A DNA stretch of 64,000 nt from Nitrospinaceae bacterium (GCA_965223665.1 OZ245011.1:1440001-1504000), one strand, 5' to 3'. Shown: positions 29,562-40,466, counted from the stretch's first letter. Notes: generated by a model from the letters alone, not told the origin. Program-made: numbers and translations.

Positions 29562-29798
29562 ATGAAAACGATGACTTGTAATCAGCTGGGAGGAGCCTGC
29601 GATCAAAAATTCCAGGCCAATACGTTTGAAGAGATGGCTGAATTGAGCCAACAGCATGGAATGGAAATGCTCAAAAAAAATGATGCGGCGCATCTCGCGG
29701 CCATGGGCAAAGTGCAGGAACTGATGAAAAATCCGGAAGCCATGGCCGAATGGTTTGAAGATAAGCAAAAAGAATTTGAGGAACTACCCGAGGATTAG
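29562..29798 (+). CDS. DUF1059-like small protein, copy 2 (tandem paralog)
   Basis: MKTMTCNQLGGACD; same 78-aa length as copy 1. Confidence 0.85.
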   Translation: MKTMTCNQLGGACDQKFQANTFEEMAELSQQHGMEMLKKNDAAHLAAMGKVQELMKNPEAMAEWFEDKQKEFEELPED

Positions 29799-29934
29799 TT
29801 TAAAAGCCAGAAGCTGAACAACATCCAACATTCAATTGTCCTTAGACTTAAATTTTGTGGAGTACAATAAAGCGAATAATATTTTATGTCCGCCATTGAT
29901 TTGAATAAAGTCATGTGGCTACAGGAGGGGGAGT

Positions 29935-30411
29935 ATGTCCGGCAAAAAAATAAAATCTTGGGAAGGGAGTTCATTTAGTGCCGTTGCTCTGGGTCATTTT
30001 AAGAACCTAGACGAATATTCATACACACTGCCGGCTTTGTCGATGACAGTCAATGGAAAGGTCTTCTTAAATGAATTACTCGATTTGACTGGAAGTGAAA
30101 TTTCGTTCAATAAACTCCCTCCCAAAAAATCGATGCCCTTCTACCACAAACATCAAAAACACGAGGAGGTGTACATCTTTTTATCCGGCAAAGGACAATT
30201 TCAAATTGATGGAAAGGTGTTTCCGGTAGAACAGGGAACGGTGGTACGGGTCAACCCGGAAGGCGAACGAACCTGGAGAAACCTGTCGGATTCGGATGAT
30301 TTAATTTTCATTGTAATACAGAGTCCAGCGGGACAGATCGAAACGACGAAAACTAATGACGGGGTGGCCATCGAGAAAAGAGTCAGTTGGGTCAACAAAG
30401 AAACTCTCTAG
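29935..30411 (+). CDS. Cupin domain protein
   Basis: PFYHKHQKHEEVYIFLSGKG..IDG. Confidence 0.88.
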   Translation: MSGKKIKSWEGSSFSAVALGHFKNLDEYSYTLPALSMTVNGKVFLNELLDLTGSEISFNKLPPKKSMPFYHKHQKHEEVYIFLSGKGQFQIDGKVFPVEQGTVVRVNPEGERTWRNLSDSDDLIFIVIQSPAGQIETTKTNDGVAIEKRVSWVNKETL

Positions 30412-30462
30412 TCGCAATTGTATAAACTAAATATTTCATAACAAGGAAGAAAGAAACACCAC

Positions 30463-32196
30463 ATGGAAGAAATACACGCACTGCAACCGGCCATCATTTT
30501 ACTGTTGGCGGGAATTTTAGCGGTCACCCTGATGCGGCCCTTCAAAATGAGCCCGATTGTCGGCTACCTTTTGGCGGGCATCCTCATTGGGCCCAACGGA
30601 CTGGGGTTGATGCAAGAAAGTGAAACCACGCACCTGCTTGCCGAGCTGGGTGTGGTGTTTTTACTTTTCGATATTGGACTGCACTTTTCCCTCGAACATA
30701 TCTGGGATGCGCGTCGGGAAATTTTAGGATTAGGCCCCATCCAGGTCCTCTTTTGTGCCGGCGCTTTAGGCGGACTGGCCATCGCATTGGGTTATGATAC
30801 CATACTCGCTTTCATCATTGGCGCGGGGCTGGCCCTGTCTTCCACCGCCGTGGTAGCGCAGGTCCTCGCAGGGTACAAGCAAAACAGTTGCCCCATTGGT
30901 TCCGCCGCGATGGCGGTTCTGATTTTCCAGGACATCTGCGCAATTTTTCTTTTGATTGTGGCGGACTCCTTCGGCAACGAAGGCTCTTCTTTATTATCGA
31001 CCATGGGCACCGCCGCGCTCAAAGCATTGGGCGCGTTTGTCATCACAGTCATCATTGGACGGTTCCTCGCGACGCCAATTTTCCGAGGGGTGGCGAACCT
31101 CAAGAACGAAGAAATTTTCACAGCCACGGCACTCTTGATTGTTTTAGCCACCGCCGCGGCGACGGGTTTTCTGCATTTGTCGCTCACGCTCGGTGCGTTT
31201 CTGGGCGGGATGATGATTGCGGAAACGCCTTACCGACATTTCATTCAGAACGAAGTCAAACCGTTTCGAGGTTTGTTGCTCAGTTTCTTTTTCATCACCA
31301 TCGGCATGTCGTTAGACACCATGACCCTGCTGAAAGAGGGGTGGCAGATTCTTCTGATTGTCGCGGTACTCATTTTAATCAAAACGCTTTTCATTTATCT
31401 CGCAGCGCGGACCTTGCGTTCTTCTCACCGGGTTTCGTTGCAACTGGGCTTTTTACTTTCGCAGGGAAGCGAGTTTGCGTTTGTGGTGTTTTCTTTGCCG
31501 CATGTGAATCAGTCGATGGGAGCCGAGGTCGCTTCCATTTTAATTTCCTCCGTCGCCATCAGCATGGCGCTGACCCCTTTCCTGGCCAGCTGGGGATACC
31601 GTTTGGCAGAAAAACTGGAAGGCAAAAAACCGGATTCCGGAGAAGAAGCAGCGAGCCAGGAAGAAGAAAAGAACGTCATCATCATTGGAATGGGAGACAT
31701 TGGCCGCTGCGTGGCCGATGCGTTGGAAGCTCAAAGAATTTCCTACAAGGCCATTGAAATTGATCACGACCGATTCATTCAGGCCACCCGCGACGGGTAT
31801 ACCGTGGTGTTTGGCGATGGCACCGACCTCCGTTTGATGGAGACGATTGAAATCGCCCACGCCAACACGCTGGTGGTGACCGAACCCAAGATCGAAGTCG
31901 CCAAAGAATTAACACCGGTTTCGCAGAAACGTTACCCGAACCTCAAGAGAGTGGTATCGGTAGAGAACGAAGAGAAACAGCAGCAGTTTGAGGCCCTGGG
32001 ATTGAACGCGATCATTGACCGAAGCTTTCCCAAAGGGTTGGACATCGCCACGGCTGTACTCAAATGTCATAACATCGATGAGAAAAAAATCAGCGAATGG
32101 ATGAAGCGTCAGCAGTCCCGCGCCCTCGACGAAATGGAAGAGATCCAGGACCTCACCGGCTCCCTCTCCCTGGAACGGTCCTTGAACCCACAATAA
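30463..32196 (+). CDS. CPA2 cation:proton antiporter with KTN domain (KefB/KefC-like)
   Basis: GYLLAGILIGP, LSSTAVV, QDI, SQGSEFAFV, IIGMGDIG. Confidence 0.92.
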   Translation: MEEIHALQPAIILLLAGILAVTLMRPFKMSPIVGYLLAGILIGPNGLGLMQESETTHLLAELGVVFLLFDIGLHFSLEHIWDARREILGLGPIQVLFCAGALGGLAIALGYDTILAFIIGAGLALSSTAVVAQVLAGYKQNSCPIGSAAMAVLIFQDICAIFLLIVADSFGNEGSSLLSTMGTAALKALGAFVITVIIGRFLATPIFRGVANLKNEEIFTATALLIVLATAAATGFLHLSLTLGAFLGGMMIAETPYRHFIQNEVKPFRGLLLSFFFITIGMSLDTMTLLKEGWQILLIVAVLILIKTLFIYLAARTLRSSHRVSLQLGFLLSQGSEFAFVVFSLPHVNQSMGAEVASILISSVAISMALTPFLASWGYRLAEKLEGKKPDSGEEAASQEEEKNVIIIGMGDIGRCVADALEAQRISYKAIEIDHDRFIQATRDGYTVVFGDGTDLRLMETIEIAHANTLVVTEPKIEVAKELTPVSQKRYPNLKRVVSVENEEKQQQFEALGLNAIIDRSFPKGLDIATAVLKCHNIDEKKISEWMKRQQSRALDEMEEIQDLTGSLSLERSLNPQ

Positions 32197-32257
32197 ATTG
32201 ACAGATGAGTTTGAAAAATCCTCTCCCCAAAGACGGAATTTCTTGGGTTTATTTTGA

Positions 32258-32600
32258 TAGCCACCACAGTCGGTTCTCTACTTGGCACTTCTAAACTTAC
32301 CTGTTATATTGGAAGTTCAGGGGGAGTTGCTGAGTTGTGGCCCAACCGGCCTGGCCAGTCTTGTCACAGCGCTGCTTAATTTGCTGGCCCTTTAGTTCTC
32401 TCCCCTGGCAAAAACCATCGACGATTGGATTTGGGTCGATACACATATCGCATTATACCCCATCACCGCTCCGATATTGATCGTCGTTGATTACCAAATA
32501 ACATCCAACCCTTGTGGAATCGATTGGAAAAATGGGACGAAGCAATACCGGCTTTTCTTATCCCGGCGAGCATGCCGCTGACCTGCAGTATCGCGATTCG
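32258..32600 (+). pseudogene. Degraded NCS2/AzgA-family purine permease fragment
   Basis: Across frameshifts and a stop: IATTVGSLLGTSKLTCYIGSSGGVAE / GPTGLASLVTALL..LAL*FSPLAKTI / LYPITAPILIVV / IDWK / WDEAIPAFLI / MPLTCSIA. Confidence 0.8.
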
Positions 32601-32674
32601 TTGTGCGTTATTGCCTAATCTGATTTTAATCCCTTTGAACAACAGTTGTATTTAAAGGAAGCTCATTACTTAAC

Positions 32675-33979
32675 TTGATCTTTATGAGAATAGTTCCTTC
32701 CCGGAAAATTAAACACGCAAACCATCCATGGTGTTTTGTTCTCGCCTGGTTGGTTTTGATGTATCATCCCACTAACACACACGCCGATGATGCATTGGAA
32801 ACCTTTGGCGACGTCGCTCAATTTGCTTTACCTGCCATTGGTCTAAGCGCTGCAACCTTCAACAAAGACTGGAAAGGTGTCAAGCAGTGGGCTTTTTCCG
32901 GTGGGACTGCCTGGGGCACCGCTCTTTTGATGAAACAAATCTACCGAAAGAGGCGGCCGGGTTTAGGTTCACGGGATTCCTTTCCCTCCGCCCACGCCGC
33001 GCTCGCTTTCTTTGGAGCGGGGTATTTGGATCAGCGTTTCGGTAAGTGGTGGGGACTTCCTGCATACGTTGCGGCTGCGGTTACCGCCTACAGTCGTGTG
33101 GATACAGACTTTCATTTTTTCGATGACACGTTGATGGGTGCCAGTGTCGGCCTGATGAGCAGTTGGCTCTGGACCACGCCGCGTGAAGGAGCGTTCAGCC
33201 TGATTCCTTTTCAACAAAACGATGGAGGAGGAATCTTAATCAGCTTTAACGACAATGATAAACCCAATGACTCTTCTGTTTGGATTGATAAAGACCGGTG
33301 GCGCTATGTCATCCGGTTTGGTCCTGCATGGCCCCAGGAAAACAAAGTCGTCTCACCCGCCGGCGGCGGCGCCTTGATTGATCTGGATAATTTTGCTTTG
33401 AACAGTGATTCAATAACCACGGCAATCGCTTACATCCAACGCCAAACAGGTCGGCATTTTTTTCAATTGTCTGTCGTGCCCTTTGAAGCACGGGATCAGG
33501 GTCGGTTTTCTCAACCCATGCAATTTAATGGTTCAACCTATTTGCCAGGCGAAACTATTCGCTCGCGGTATCGTTTAACCGATTGGCGATTACAATATTA
33601 TTTCGACCTGTTTCCGGACAAGAAATTGATTCTCCGGTTTGGCGGGGGGTTAAGTTATCAGAATCTGGTCGTTAATCTTAAGACGATTTCTAACACTAAG
33701 ATAGAAACCGCAAAAAGCGATATATTGATACCCCTGGTGAATGCAATTCTGGGTTTTCAATTTCATCCTCGGCTTTTACTACTGGCAGAATTAAGCGGCG
33801 TTTCCATAAGTAATCAGGAGCAACTGGACGCCAATATATCCCTGCTGTTCCGCCTGAGTCAAAAATGGGATGTTAAAGTGGATTATGGAATTTATAAACA
33901 CGATACCGAAAGAAGCGGGTTAAGGAATAAGGCGGAATTTAATTTGCTTATGTGTTCTGTTGGGTATTCATGGTATTGA
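32675..33979 (+). CDS. PAP2 phosphatase domain fused to a probable outer-membrane beta-barrel
   Basis: K..YRKRRP, SFPSAH and YSRVDTDFH PAP2 motifs; C-terminal alternating beta-strands ending SVGYSWY. Confidence 0.75.
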   Translation: MIFMRIVPSRKIKHANHPWCFVLAWLVLMYHPTNTHADDALETFGDVAQFALPAIGLSAATFNKDWKGVKQWAFSGGTAWGTALLMKQIYRKRRPGLGSRDSFPSAHAALAFFGAGYLDQRFGKWWGLPAYVAAAVTAYSRVDTDFHFFDDTLMGASVGLMSSWLWTTPREGAFSLIPFQQNDGGGILISFNDNDKPNDSSVWIDKDRWRYVIRFGPAWPQENKVVSPAGGGALIDLDNFALNSDSITTAIAYIQRQTGRHFFQLSVVPFEARDQGRFSQPMQFNGSTYLPGETIRSRYRLTDWRLQYYFDLFPDKKLILRFGGGLSYQNLVVNLKTISNTKIETAKSDILIPLVNAILGFQFHPRLLLLAELSGVSISNQEQLDANISLLFRLSQKWDVKVDYGIYKHDTERSGLRNKAEFNLLMCSVGYSWY

Positions 33980-34014
33980 ACAAGCGAAGAGCTTTAAAAA
34001 TGAATGGGTGCAAT

Positions 34015-34317
34015 ATGGAAGATAAAATTATAGAAGGAATCATTATCGGCGCTACTGGGGGTTCTCTTGCAGGGGTTACAGTTTATTTAATCCAGTACCT
34101 ACATCAAAGGACATTGGATATTGTTGAGTCCAATAAAATTAGAGTATGGTTTGAAAAAAACACGGACGAAAAACTCTGGCGCTCTACAAGAACGATTGCC
34201 AGTTGGACCAACCTGCCGATGGATAGAGTTCAATACCTGTGCAGCCGGGATGAACAGATAAAGTTAACGACCGGGAAGAATGAAGATTTATGGGCACTGA
34301 GGAGCAAGGTTTCTTAG
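34015..34317 (+). CDS. Hypothetical membrane-anchored protein with possible HTH
   Basis: TM GIIIGATGGSLAG; WRSTRTIASWTNLPMDRVQYLCS. Confidence 0.65.
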   Translation: MEDKIIEGIIIGATGGSLAGVTVYLIQYLHQRTLDIVESNKIRVWFEKNTDEKLWRSTRTIASWTNLPMDRVQYLCSRDEQIKLTTGKNEDLWALRSKVS

Positions 34318-35144
34318 GTCTTATTTTTTATTTCGTCCAGGACTAACCCAATCACCCGAATCACTTCCTTACATTTCTCCAGGTCTACGGCATCGGGATG
34401 AGAGATGACAAACCTTCCCAGGTCGTTGTCAAAATATTGTCCGGACACTTTGGCAAACTCTTCGGACAAGGCCGCGTGGGTTAGAATGTCTGCGCCAATT
34501 TGAAGATCGTTTCCTTTTACCCCAAATCCTTCCAGCACCATTTTACTGGCGAGCATCGAACCCGGGTTCACCGCAACCACCACAGGACCTTCCTGCCCCA
34601 GCGAATTCGCCATTGCGTAGGACCACATAACAATCGCCAGTTTGCTTTGGGAATAGGCATGCATGGTTTCCAACTGTCCGCACTCCCCCATCATTTCAAA
34701 CAAGTTGACCGGTGATTGCGCAGCAGAGGATACATTGACCACTCGACCCTCCGCACCCATAAGCGGCAACAGTTCTTTGGTGAGCAGGTAAGGTGCGATG
34801 GTGTTGACCACAAATCGTACATCCAATCCATCTGCGGTCATCGAATGAGGTGACTTGAACACGCCGGCATTATTGATGAGGACATCCAGCGAAGAGTGTT
34901 TGCCGGCGACTTCCTTTGCCAGAGCCTCCACCGCTTTGAGGTCATACAGGTCTGCCAAATAACTCTCCACCTTTCCCGAACGGGAGAGTTTGGATTTCAC
35001 TTTCTGTAATTTTTCGGGATTGCGGCCATGCAGCAAAACCTGATGACCCTTTTCCACCAGCGTCTTCGCGGTGGCAAGCCCAATGCCATCGGTGGCACCG
35101 GTGATCAAAATTGTTTTAGACACTTTCTCTTTCTCCTGACTCAT
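34314..35144 (-). CDS. SDR family oxidoreductase
   Basis: TGATDGIG, NNAG, YSQSK. Confidence 0.93.
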   Translation of the reverse strand: MSQEKEKVSKTILITGATDGIGLATAKTLVEKGHQVLLHGRNPEKLQKVKSKLSRSGKVESYLADLYDLKAVEALAKEVAGKHSSLDVLINNAGVFKSPHSMTADGLDVRFVVNTIAPYLLTKELLPLMGAEGRVVNVSSAAQSPVNLFEMMGECGQLETMHAYSQSKLAIVMWSYAMANSLGQEGPVVVAVNPGSMLASKMVLEGFGVKGNDLQIGADILTHAALSEEFAKVSGQYFDNDLGRFVISHPDAVDLEKCKEVIRVIGLVLDEIKNKT

Positions 35145-35183
35145 AAAACTTTTACCCTAATTTTTGGCAAGATCACTTAAAAA

Positions 35184-37880
35184 CTATCCCGTCACTCCCA
35201 GCCCACAGGCGATGGCGTTGACGCTTAACAACAATTCAGGAAGCATTCTCGGCTTTTGTTCCGGCTCGGTGGTTCGCCATTGGCGCAGAATTTCAATCTG
35301 GTTTTTATGCAGCGGTTCTAAAAATTTAAAGCGTATCGATTGCAGTTCGCTTTCATCGTTATTTTTTGTTGGCAAATTCAGTTTGCCCAAAATAGTTTTG
35401 GTGCGATTATATTCTTCCAGAATCAATTTGAGGAAGGTTTTCCTGATAGTTTCATCTTCCACCAATTGGGCATAAGCCTGCATGATCCCGGTGTCCACCA
35501 TACTAAAGCTGGCTCTGATATTTTCTATAATATGGCGCAGCACCGGAGAACTGGAACAGCTTTGCTGCACTCGATTAAAACTTTCCGGGTCCTGCTCTAA
35601 AAGTTTTTCCAAGGCGCCACCCAAACCATACCAACCGGAAAGGAAAAACCGCGACTGAATCCAGCTGAACACCCAGGGAATGGCTCTTAAGTCTTCCAGG
35701 TTTTTTTGTCCTTTGCGCCGGGTGGGTCGCGACCCGATAAAACTGGATTCAATCACATCGATCGGAGTGGCCTGCAGAAAAAAATCGATGAATCCCTCCG
35801 TGTGAAGCAACGTTTCAAAATGCTTTTGATTGTCCAGGGAAATTTGATTCATGATCGGTGCCAGCTTCGTTACCTCGGCGTGCTGTTGTTGGCCCGTCAA
35901 CGAAGCTTCCAACGCCCCCGCGACTAATAGTTCCAGATTGTATTCTGCATTCAAAAAGTTTGCGTATTTTTGAGAAATGGTTTCCCCCTGTTCCGTCATT
36001 CTGAAGCCGCCTTCCAGACTTTGCGGAGGCAGGGCGTTTAGAAAACGATACGTCGGAGCGGCTCCACGACTGATCGATCCGCCGCGACCGTGAAAAAACT
36101 GTATGGCCACTCCGTGTCGCTCACCCACTTGAATCAGTTCCTTCTGTGCGCAATACAGATTCCACAGGCTGGTGAACGCGCCGCCGTCTTTATTGCTGTC
36201 GCTGTATCCAATCATCACCTGGATGACCGGTTTATTAATGGACTCCGGTTTTTGCCAACCGTCCAGACTGCGTTGCGTCACCGGATGCGATAGAAACTGG
36301 TCCAAAATACCCGGAGCCTGTTTCAGATCTTCTATCGTTTCAAACAGCGGAACCACGGGCAGTCGACACACCAGACCCTCACTCGATTGATAAGCCACCC
36401 CCGCCTCGCGAGCGAGAAGATACACGGTGAGCAGGTCCAAAACATTGCGCGTCATACTGACGATGATGGACCCTAAACCGGCAGGTCCATGAAGTTCCAG
36501 TTCCTTCGCCAGGACTTTATACAACTCCCGGCTCGACTTCGCTTCCGTACCCAACACCTCACGGTTACTGCTGAACGGTCGTGAAGATTTCAGTTCTTCA
36601 TTGAGGAAATTAAAACGTTGTTCAAAGTTGCCTGAAAGATAATTGGCAGGGGCGATTCCGGCAGCCTCCATAAATTGCGTCAAAGCCAATTCATGAAACT
36701 CACTGTTTTGCCGAATATCCAAACGGGCGAGATGAAACCCGAAGGTTTGAACGGTTCGTAAAAGGGGATCGACATCTTTGGCGGCAATCCTTTCGGCGTG
36801 GCAATCGACCAAACTCTCCCTCAACATTTGGAGATCTTTAAACAAATCGGTAGCGAAAGGGTAACCGGTTTCGTTTTCCCGCGGAGTGTCCGGTAAGAGG
36901 GCGATCATTAAATTAATCGCCTGTCGCCAGGGTTCACTTTTGTTTCTGTCCAACGCCTGCTTCCCGGTTTCACCTAACTTTTTAGCAGTCTCTTCGTTCC
37001 ATTGAATCAACCTGGCAGGATATTCCGTCAGCTCATGCGATAGGCTTAACTTTTTTGCCAGTTCGCTCAATCGTCTCTTTAATAATTGAACCGATTGCCT
37101 GCGCATGTTGTGAAGGCTTTCCCGTGTCACGTCTGCTGTCACCAGGGGATGCCCGTCCCGGTCTCCGCCGACCCAGCTTCCAAAAGTAACGAAGGGTAAA
37201 CCGTCGGGAGAGCTTATCAGGTCTCTCGGAAACTGTTTTTGTTCCCACGCCCAGAACAACCTGCGGTCCAACTCCTGCAACACGTTGGGAAACACGTTGG
37301 TGAAATAGTGAATGACGTTGCGGCGCTCATCGGAAATGCGCGGCTTTTCCAGATAAATTTCACCGGTAAAAAACAAACGCTCCAATTCCGTTTTAATTTC
37401 TTCCTTCAGGTTGGAAAGTTCCGATGGCGTCCAAACCGTGTTTTCTTTTTTCACCAGCAGCAGGTATAACCTGCGATGATGTTCCAAAACAGTAATTCGT
37501 TTGGCTTCTGTCGGGTGAGCCGTGAGGACCGGTTCAATATGAATGCCGGACAAATACTGAGCGATCTCTTCCGGTTTGTATTGCAGGTCAATCAACCGGT
37601 CCAGCGCGTGCAGCCACAACCCGGGAATCTGGTGGAGCGCTCCTTCGGACTCCAGCTTTCTTCGTTCCTGAACAATGACATTTTGTTCCACCATGTTGAT
37701 GAGCTGAAACAAAATGGAATGCGCCTGCATACTTTTTTCAGAAAACTCGTTATTCACCGACCCATCCCCAGAGCTTTCTATCTGGATGGTGGAGGCCAGG
37801 GACTCTTCGCCTAACGTGTTGAGCACTTCAACAAAACAGGCCAGCAAAAACTTAAAGTCTTCAATGCGTTTATGACTCAT
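35184..37880 (-). CDS. ppc: Phosphoenolpyruvate carboxylase
   Basis: VLTAHPTE, SWVGGDRDG, PLFET, MIGYSDSNKDGG, FHGRGG, LRAIPWVF. Confidence 0.97.
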   Translation of the reverse strand: MSHKRIEDFKFLLACFVEVLNTLGEESLASTIQIESSGDGSVNNEFSEKSMQAHSILFQLINMVEQNVIVQERRKLESEGALHQIPGLWLHALDRLIDLQYKPEEIAQYLSGIHIEPVLTAHPTEAKRITVLEHHRRLYLLLVKKENTVWTPSELSNLKEEIKTELERLFFTGEIYLEKPRISDERRNVIHYFTNVFPNVLQELDRRLFWAWEQKQFPRDLISSPDGLPFVTFGSWVGGDRDGHPLVTADVTRESLHNMRRQSVQLLKRRLSELAKKLSLSHELTEYPARLIQWNEETAKKLGETGKQALDRNKSEPWRQAINLMIALLPDTPRENETGYPFATDLFKDLQMLRESLVDCHAERIAAKDVDPLLRTVQTFGFHLARLDIRQNSEFHELALTQFMEAAGIAPANYLSGNFEQRFNFLNEELKSSRPFSSNREVLGTEAKSSRELYKVLAKELELHGPAGLGSIIVSMTRNVLDLLTVYLLAREAGVAYQSSEGLVCRLPVVPLFETIEDLKQAPGILDQFLSHPVTQRSLDGWQKPESINKPVIQVMIGYSDSNKDGGAFTSLWNLYCAQKELIQVGERHGVAIQFFHGRGGSISRGAAPTYRFLNALPPQSLEGGFRMTEQGETISQKYANFLNAEYNLELLVAGALEASLTGQQQHAEVTKLAPIMNQISLDNQKHFETLLHTEGFIDFFLQATPIDVIESSFIGSRPTRRKGQKNLEDLRAIPWVFSWIQSRFFLSGWYGLGGALEKLLEQDPESFNRVQQSCSSSPVLRHIIENIRASFSMVDTGIMQAYAQLVEDETIRKTFLKLILEEYNRTKTILGKLNLPTKNNDESELQSIRFKFLEPLHKNQIEILRQWRTTEPEQKPRMLPELLLSVNAIACGLGVTG

Positions 37881-38381
37881 AGCGCGAGATTTAACAGGAG
37901 AATAGGTTCCTAAACATCCATAACATTGTGAATATTCATAAGTGATTCTAATGATATAACATCAAAAAAAAGCTGGCAATTAACTTCGCAAAAAACAATA
38001 ACAATGGCCTGCCTGGGAACAAGAAAACTTTTCAAAAAGTTTCTGAGGATTCTGTCGTCTTAGAAATCTACCGAGTATGTATTTTACCAGCAGGCGTTGG
38101 CCTGCGGGTCGGGGTGATTCACCTTCAGGGGGTTTATATTTTCTGAATAATGGAAAGGTCTCAATTCAGGAATGGCTTTTGGACCCAACGGTCTCAATCG
38201 ATTCTTTTAGATTTCTGACTGGCAAAGGCGAATTTCCCCGGGTTAAAAGTTTCTATGAATATTCCGATTCATAGTGAAAAGTTTCTGGTTATTTTGTAAA
38301 CTTCATTTTGCAGGGAGAGACTGCATCGAGTTCCATTAGCAATACCAAATTATTTATCAACTACAGTTAAGGGAGGTCATT

Positions 38382-38594
38382 ATGAAATCGACCGTGATTC
38401 TGTCCGGGATATTGGTTTTGGGCATGGCATTAACAGGTTGCGCAACCAGCAGTAGTTCAACCAGTGGCAGTGGCGACTGTCTTAAGTGGGAAAATGTTGA
38501 AGTTGGGAAAATGCCCTCAGGTGCCCCCCAAATGAAGCGCCAATGTACAAAATGGAAAGACGAAGCGAATAAATCTTCTGGAAGTGTTTATTGA
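38382..38594 (+). CDS. Small lipoprotein
   Basis: LTGC lipobox; GGAGG RBS; two further Cys. Confidence 0.75.
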   Translation: MKSTVILSGILVLGMALTGCATSSSSTSGSGDCLKWENVEVGKMPSGAPQMKRQCTKWKDEANKSSGSVY

Positions 38595-38642
38595 AATAAA
38601 AAAGAGGAATCCAGTCGACTTGTGGAAAGGAATGCTTTTCAT

Positions 38643-38942
38643 TCAAAGCACGGTGGGAATGCCTTTTTCTAAATCACTGTCCAGCCCATCGTTGCCTTTG
38701 GGTTGTTTGGGTCCGTCCGTGCCAACCGATCCCCGGACTTTTCGGACTTTGACCAGATTGAACATATAATATTCATGACAATTTGGACACATCCACCCTT
38801 CTCCCGAAAAGATCCAGCAATCCATCTCTACCCATTCCTGCGCTTCTTCTTCGCTATCGTGGAACTCCCCCAGCTTGACACAGTTTGGGGCTTCCTGGGT
38901 GAAGCATTTCACAGAATATTGATTGTTTTCTTCAACGAACAA
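38643..38942 (-). CDS. Small Cys-containing hypothetical protein (possible Zn-binding)
   Basis: C..C and GWMCPNC; GGGA RBS before TTG. Confidence 0.6.
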   Translation of the reverse strand: MFVEENNQYSVKCFTQEAPNCVKLGEFHDSEEEAQEWVEMDCWIFSGEGWMCPNCHEYYMFNLVKVRKVRGSVGTDGPKQPKGNDGLDSDLEKGIPTVL

Positions 38943-39259
38943 CGCCGGTCCCTTTCAAAGTTGCCATCAGTAGGTTCATTATAATACAGGATTTGAAAAA
39001 TTAAAATAGGGTGACCCGAGAGCGTATTTTTTCGAGAAAAAGGGTCCATACATTAAGGAACTTTTTCACCCAAACCGGAAAATCTATCGGATCCCACGCC
39101 ACTGAATCACGACCCTAAAACAGATAAGATTGCTCAAACCCATAAGATAAACATTGCATGAAATAATATTCCTTTTTGGATTTGGTTATAAGTATACTGG
39201 AATATAGGGTATTTACTTTCGACCCAAAGTTGACACATTAAAAAACATAAGTTTTAAAC

Positions 39260-39661
39260 ATGCAGAATTACATCGTAACATTTGAATCAAATCAATTTGA
39301 TCTTAAAGGAGAAAAAGAAAACCCCATTAACCCTATTCGTGGTTTGTCCATAGGAGAGTGGATAGTTCCATTATTAAATGAACGTGGAGTAAAAACATCT
39401 TCTATTGAACCTGAAGATTGGGGATGGTATTTGTATGCCGAGCACGAAGGCTCCCGCTACCTGCTTGGGTTTGCTGCCAATGAAGGTGAAGAAGTCGGTG
39501 ATGAACCGGAAATTATGATTCAAATAGAAAAGCAGAGGACATTCCTTGAAACCATTTTATTCAAAAATAAAATGGAAGATAATGACGGGCTTCTAAAGAT
39601 CGTAGAAAATCTTGCTTCTCAAATACCGAATGTCAAAAAACTTGAAACACAACCCGCTTAA
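39260..39661 (+). CDS. Hypothetical protein
   Basis: ENPINPI.G and EPEDWGW motifs; clean ORF. Confidence 0.75.
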   Translation: MQNYIVTFESNQFDLKGEKENPINPIRGLSIGEWIVPLLNERGVKTSSIEPEDWGWYLYAEHEGSRYLLGFAANEGEEVGDEPEIMIQIEKQRTFLETILFKNKMEDNDGLLKIVENLASQIPNVKKLETQPA

Positions 39662-39695
39662 TTTAGAAAAACATTTCTCTCTTTTAATTTAAAAA

Positions 39696-40352
39696 ATGCG
39701 AAGAAAACAATCTACAAACAATCAAGGGACGCGTTCCAATATGTATAGTGAATCCAAATTCACCAATTGGGCGCGTTTTGATCCTATTGGCAGTGCCATA
39801 GAAAAATTCTATTTCAAACATAGCGAAGAGCTGGAAAAATGCCCCAAAGAACCCGCTTACTTTAAGGAAAAACTCCATTCAGAGTTTCTGATGCCGGTAA
39901 CCATCTATGAGTTAAAAACTCAGTTTCAAAAAATCCCGCAAGAGTTCACCTCCGGAATCCGGGGAATATTTTTGCTGGGAGGTTCCAGGAAACAACTCAA
40001 AGCCTGCTGGAGCAAATTGTTTTGTTTTGGCACCTATTGGCTGGATTGCATTTTTATCCTTCCTTATCCCAAAGAACGCATGGAAATAAATTTCAAAACT
40101 TCTCCTAGTCCTCATATTTTGAATGACTACAAAAGAGTGGGCGCTAAGGTGACAAATTCTACTAAAGGAGGGGTCACCGTGAGTTATAGTGAGGAAAATT
40201 TGAAGGCGTTTTATTTAAGGGATGTTTTTGTTCACGAGATCGGACATCATGTGGACAAGTCTTTTTCCAAACACAGGAACAAAAAGGAAGGTTTCGCTGA
40301 GTGGTTTGCCACCGAGTATGGATTTAAATTCAAGTTTTATTCTGATGAATAG
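39696..40352 (+). CDS. Hypothetical protein with HExxH zincin motif
   Basis: VFVHEIGHHVD...KEGFAEWFA. Confidence 0.7.
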   Translation: MRRKQSTNNQGTRSNMYSESKFTNWARFDPIGSAIEKFYFKHSEELEKCPKEPAYFKEKLHSEFLMPVTIYELKTQFQKIPQEFTSGIRGIFLLGGSRKQLKACWSKLFCFGTYWLDCIFILPYPKERMEINFKTSPSPHILNDYKRVGAKVTNSTKGGVTVSYSEENLKAFYLRDVFVHEIGHHVDKSFSKHRNKKEGFAEWFATEYGFKFKFYSDE

Positions 40353-40466
40353 ATTCAATTTCTTCTTGCATCCATCCGCCTAACTGATTAAATTTTAAGT
40401 ATATTCTCTCGTTGCGTTATTTCATATCAACGCAACCTTCAACCCTCCAAAAAAGGAACTCACACC

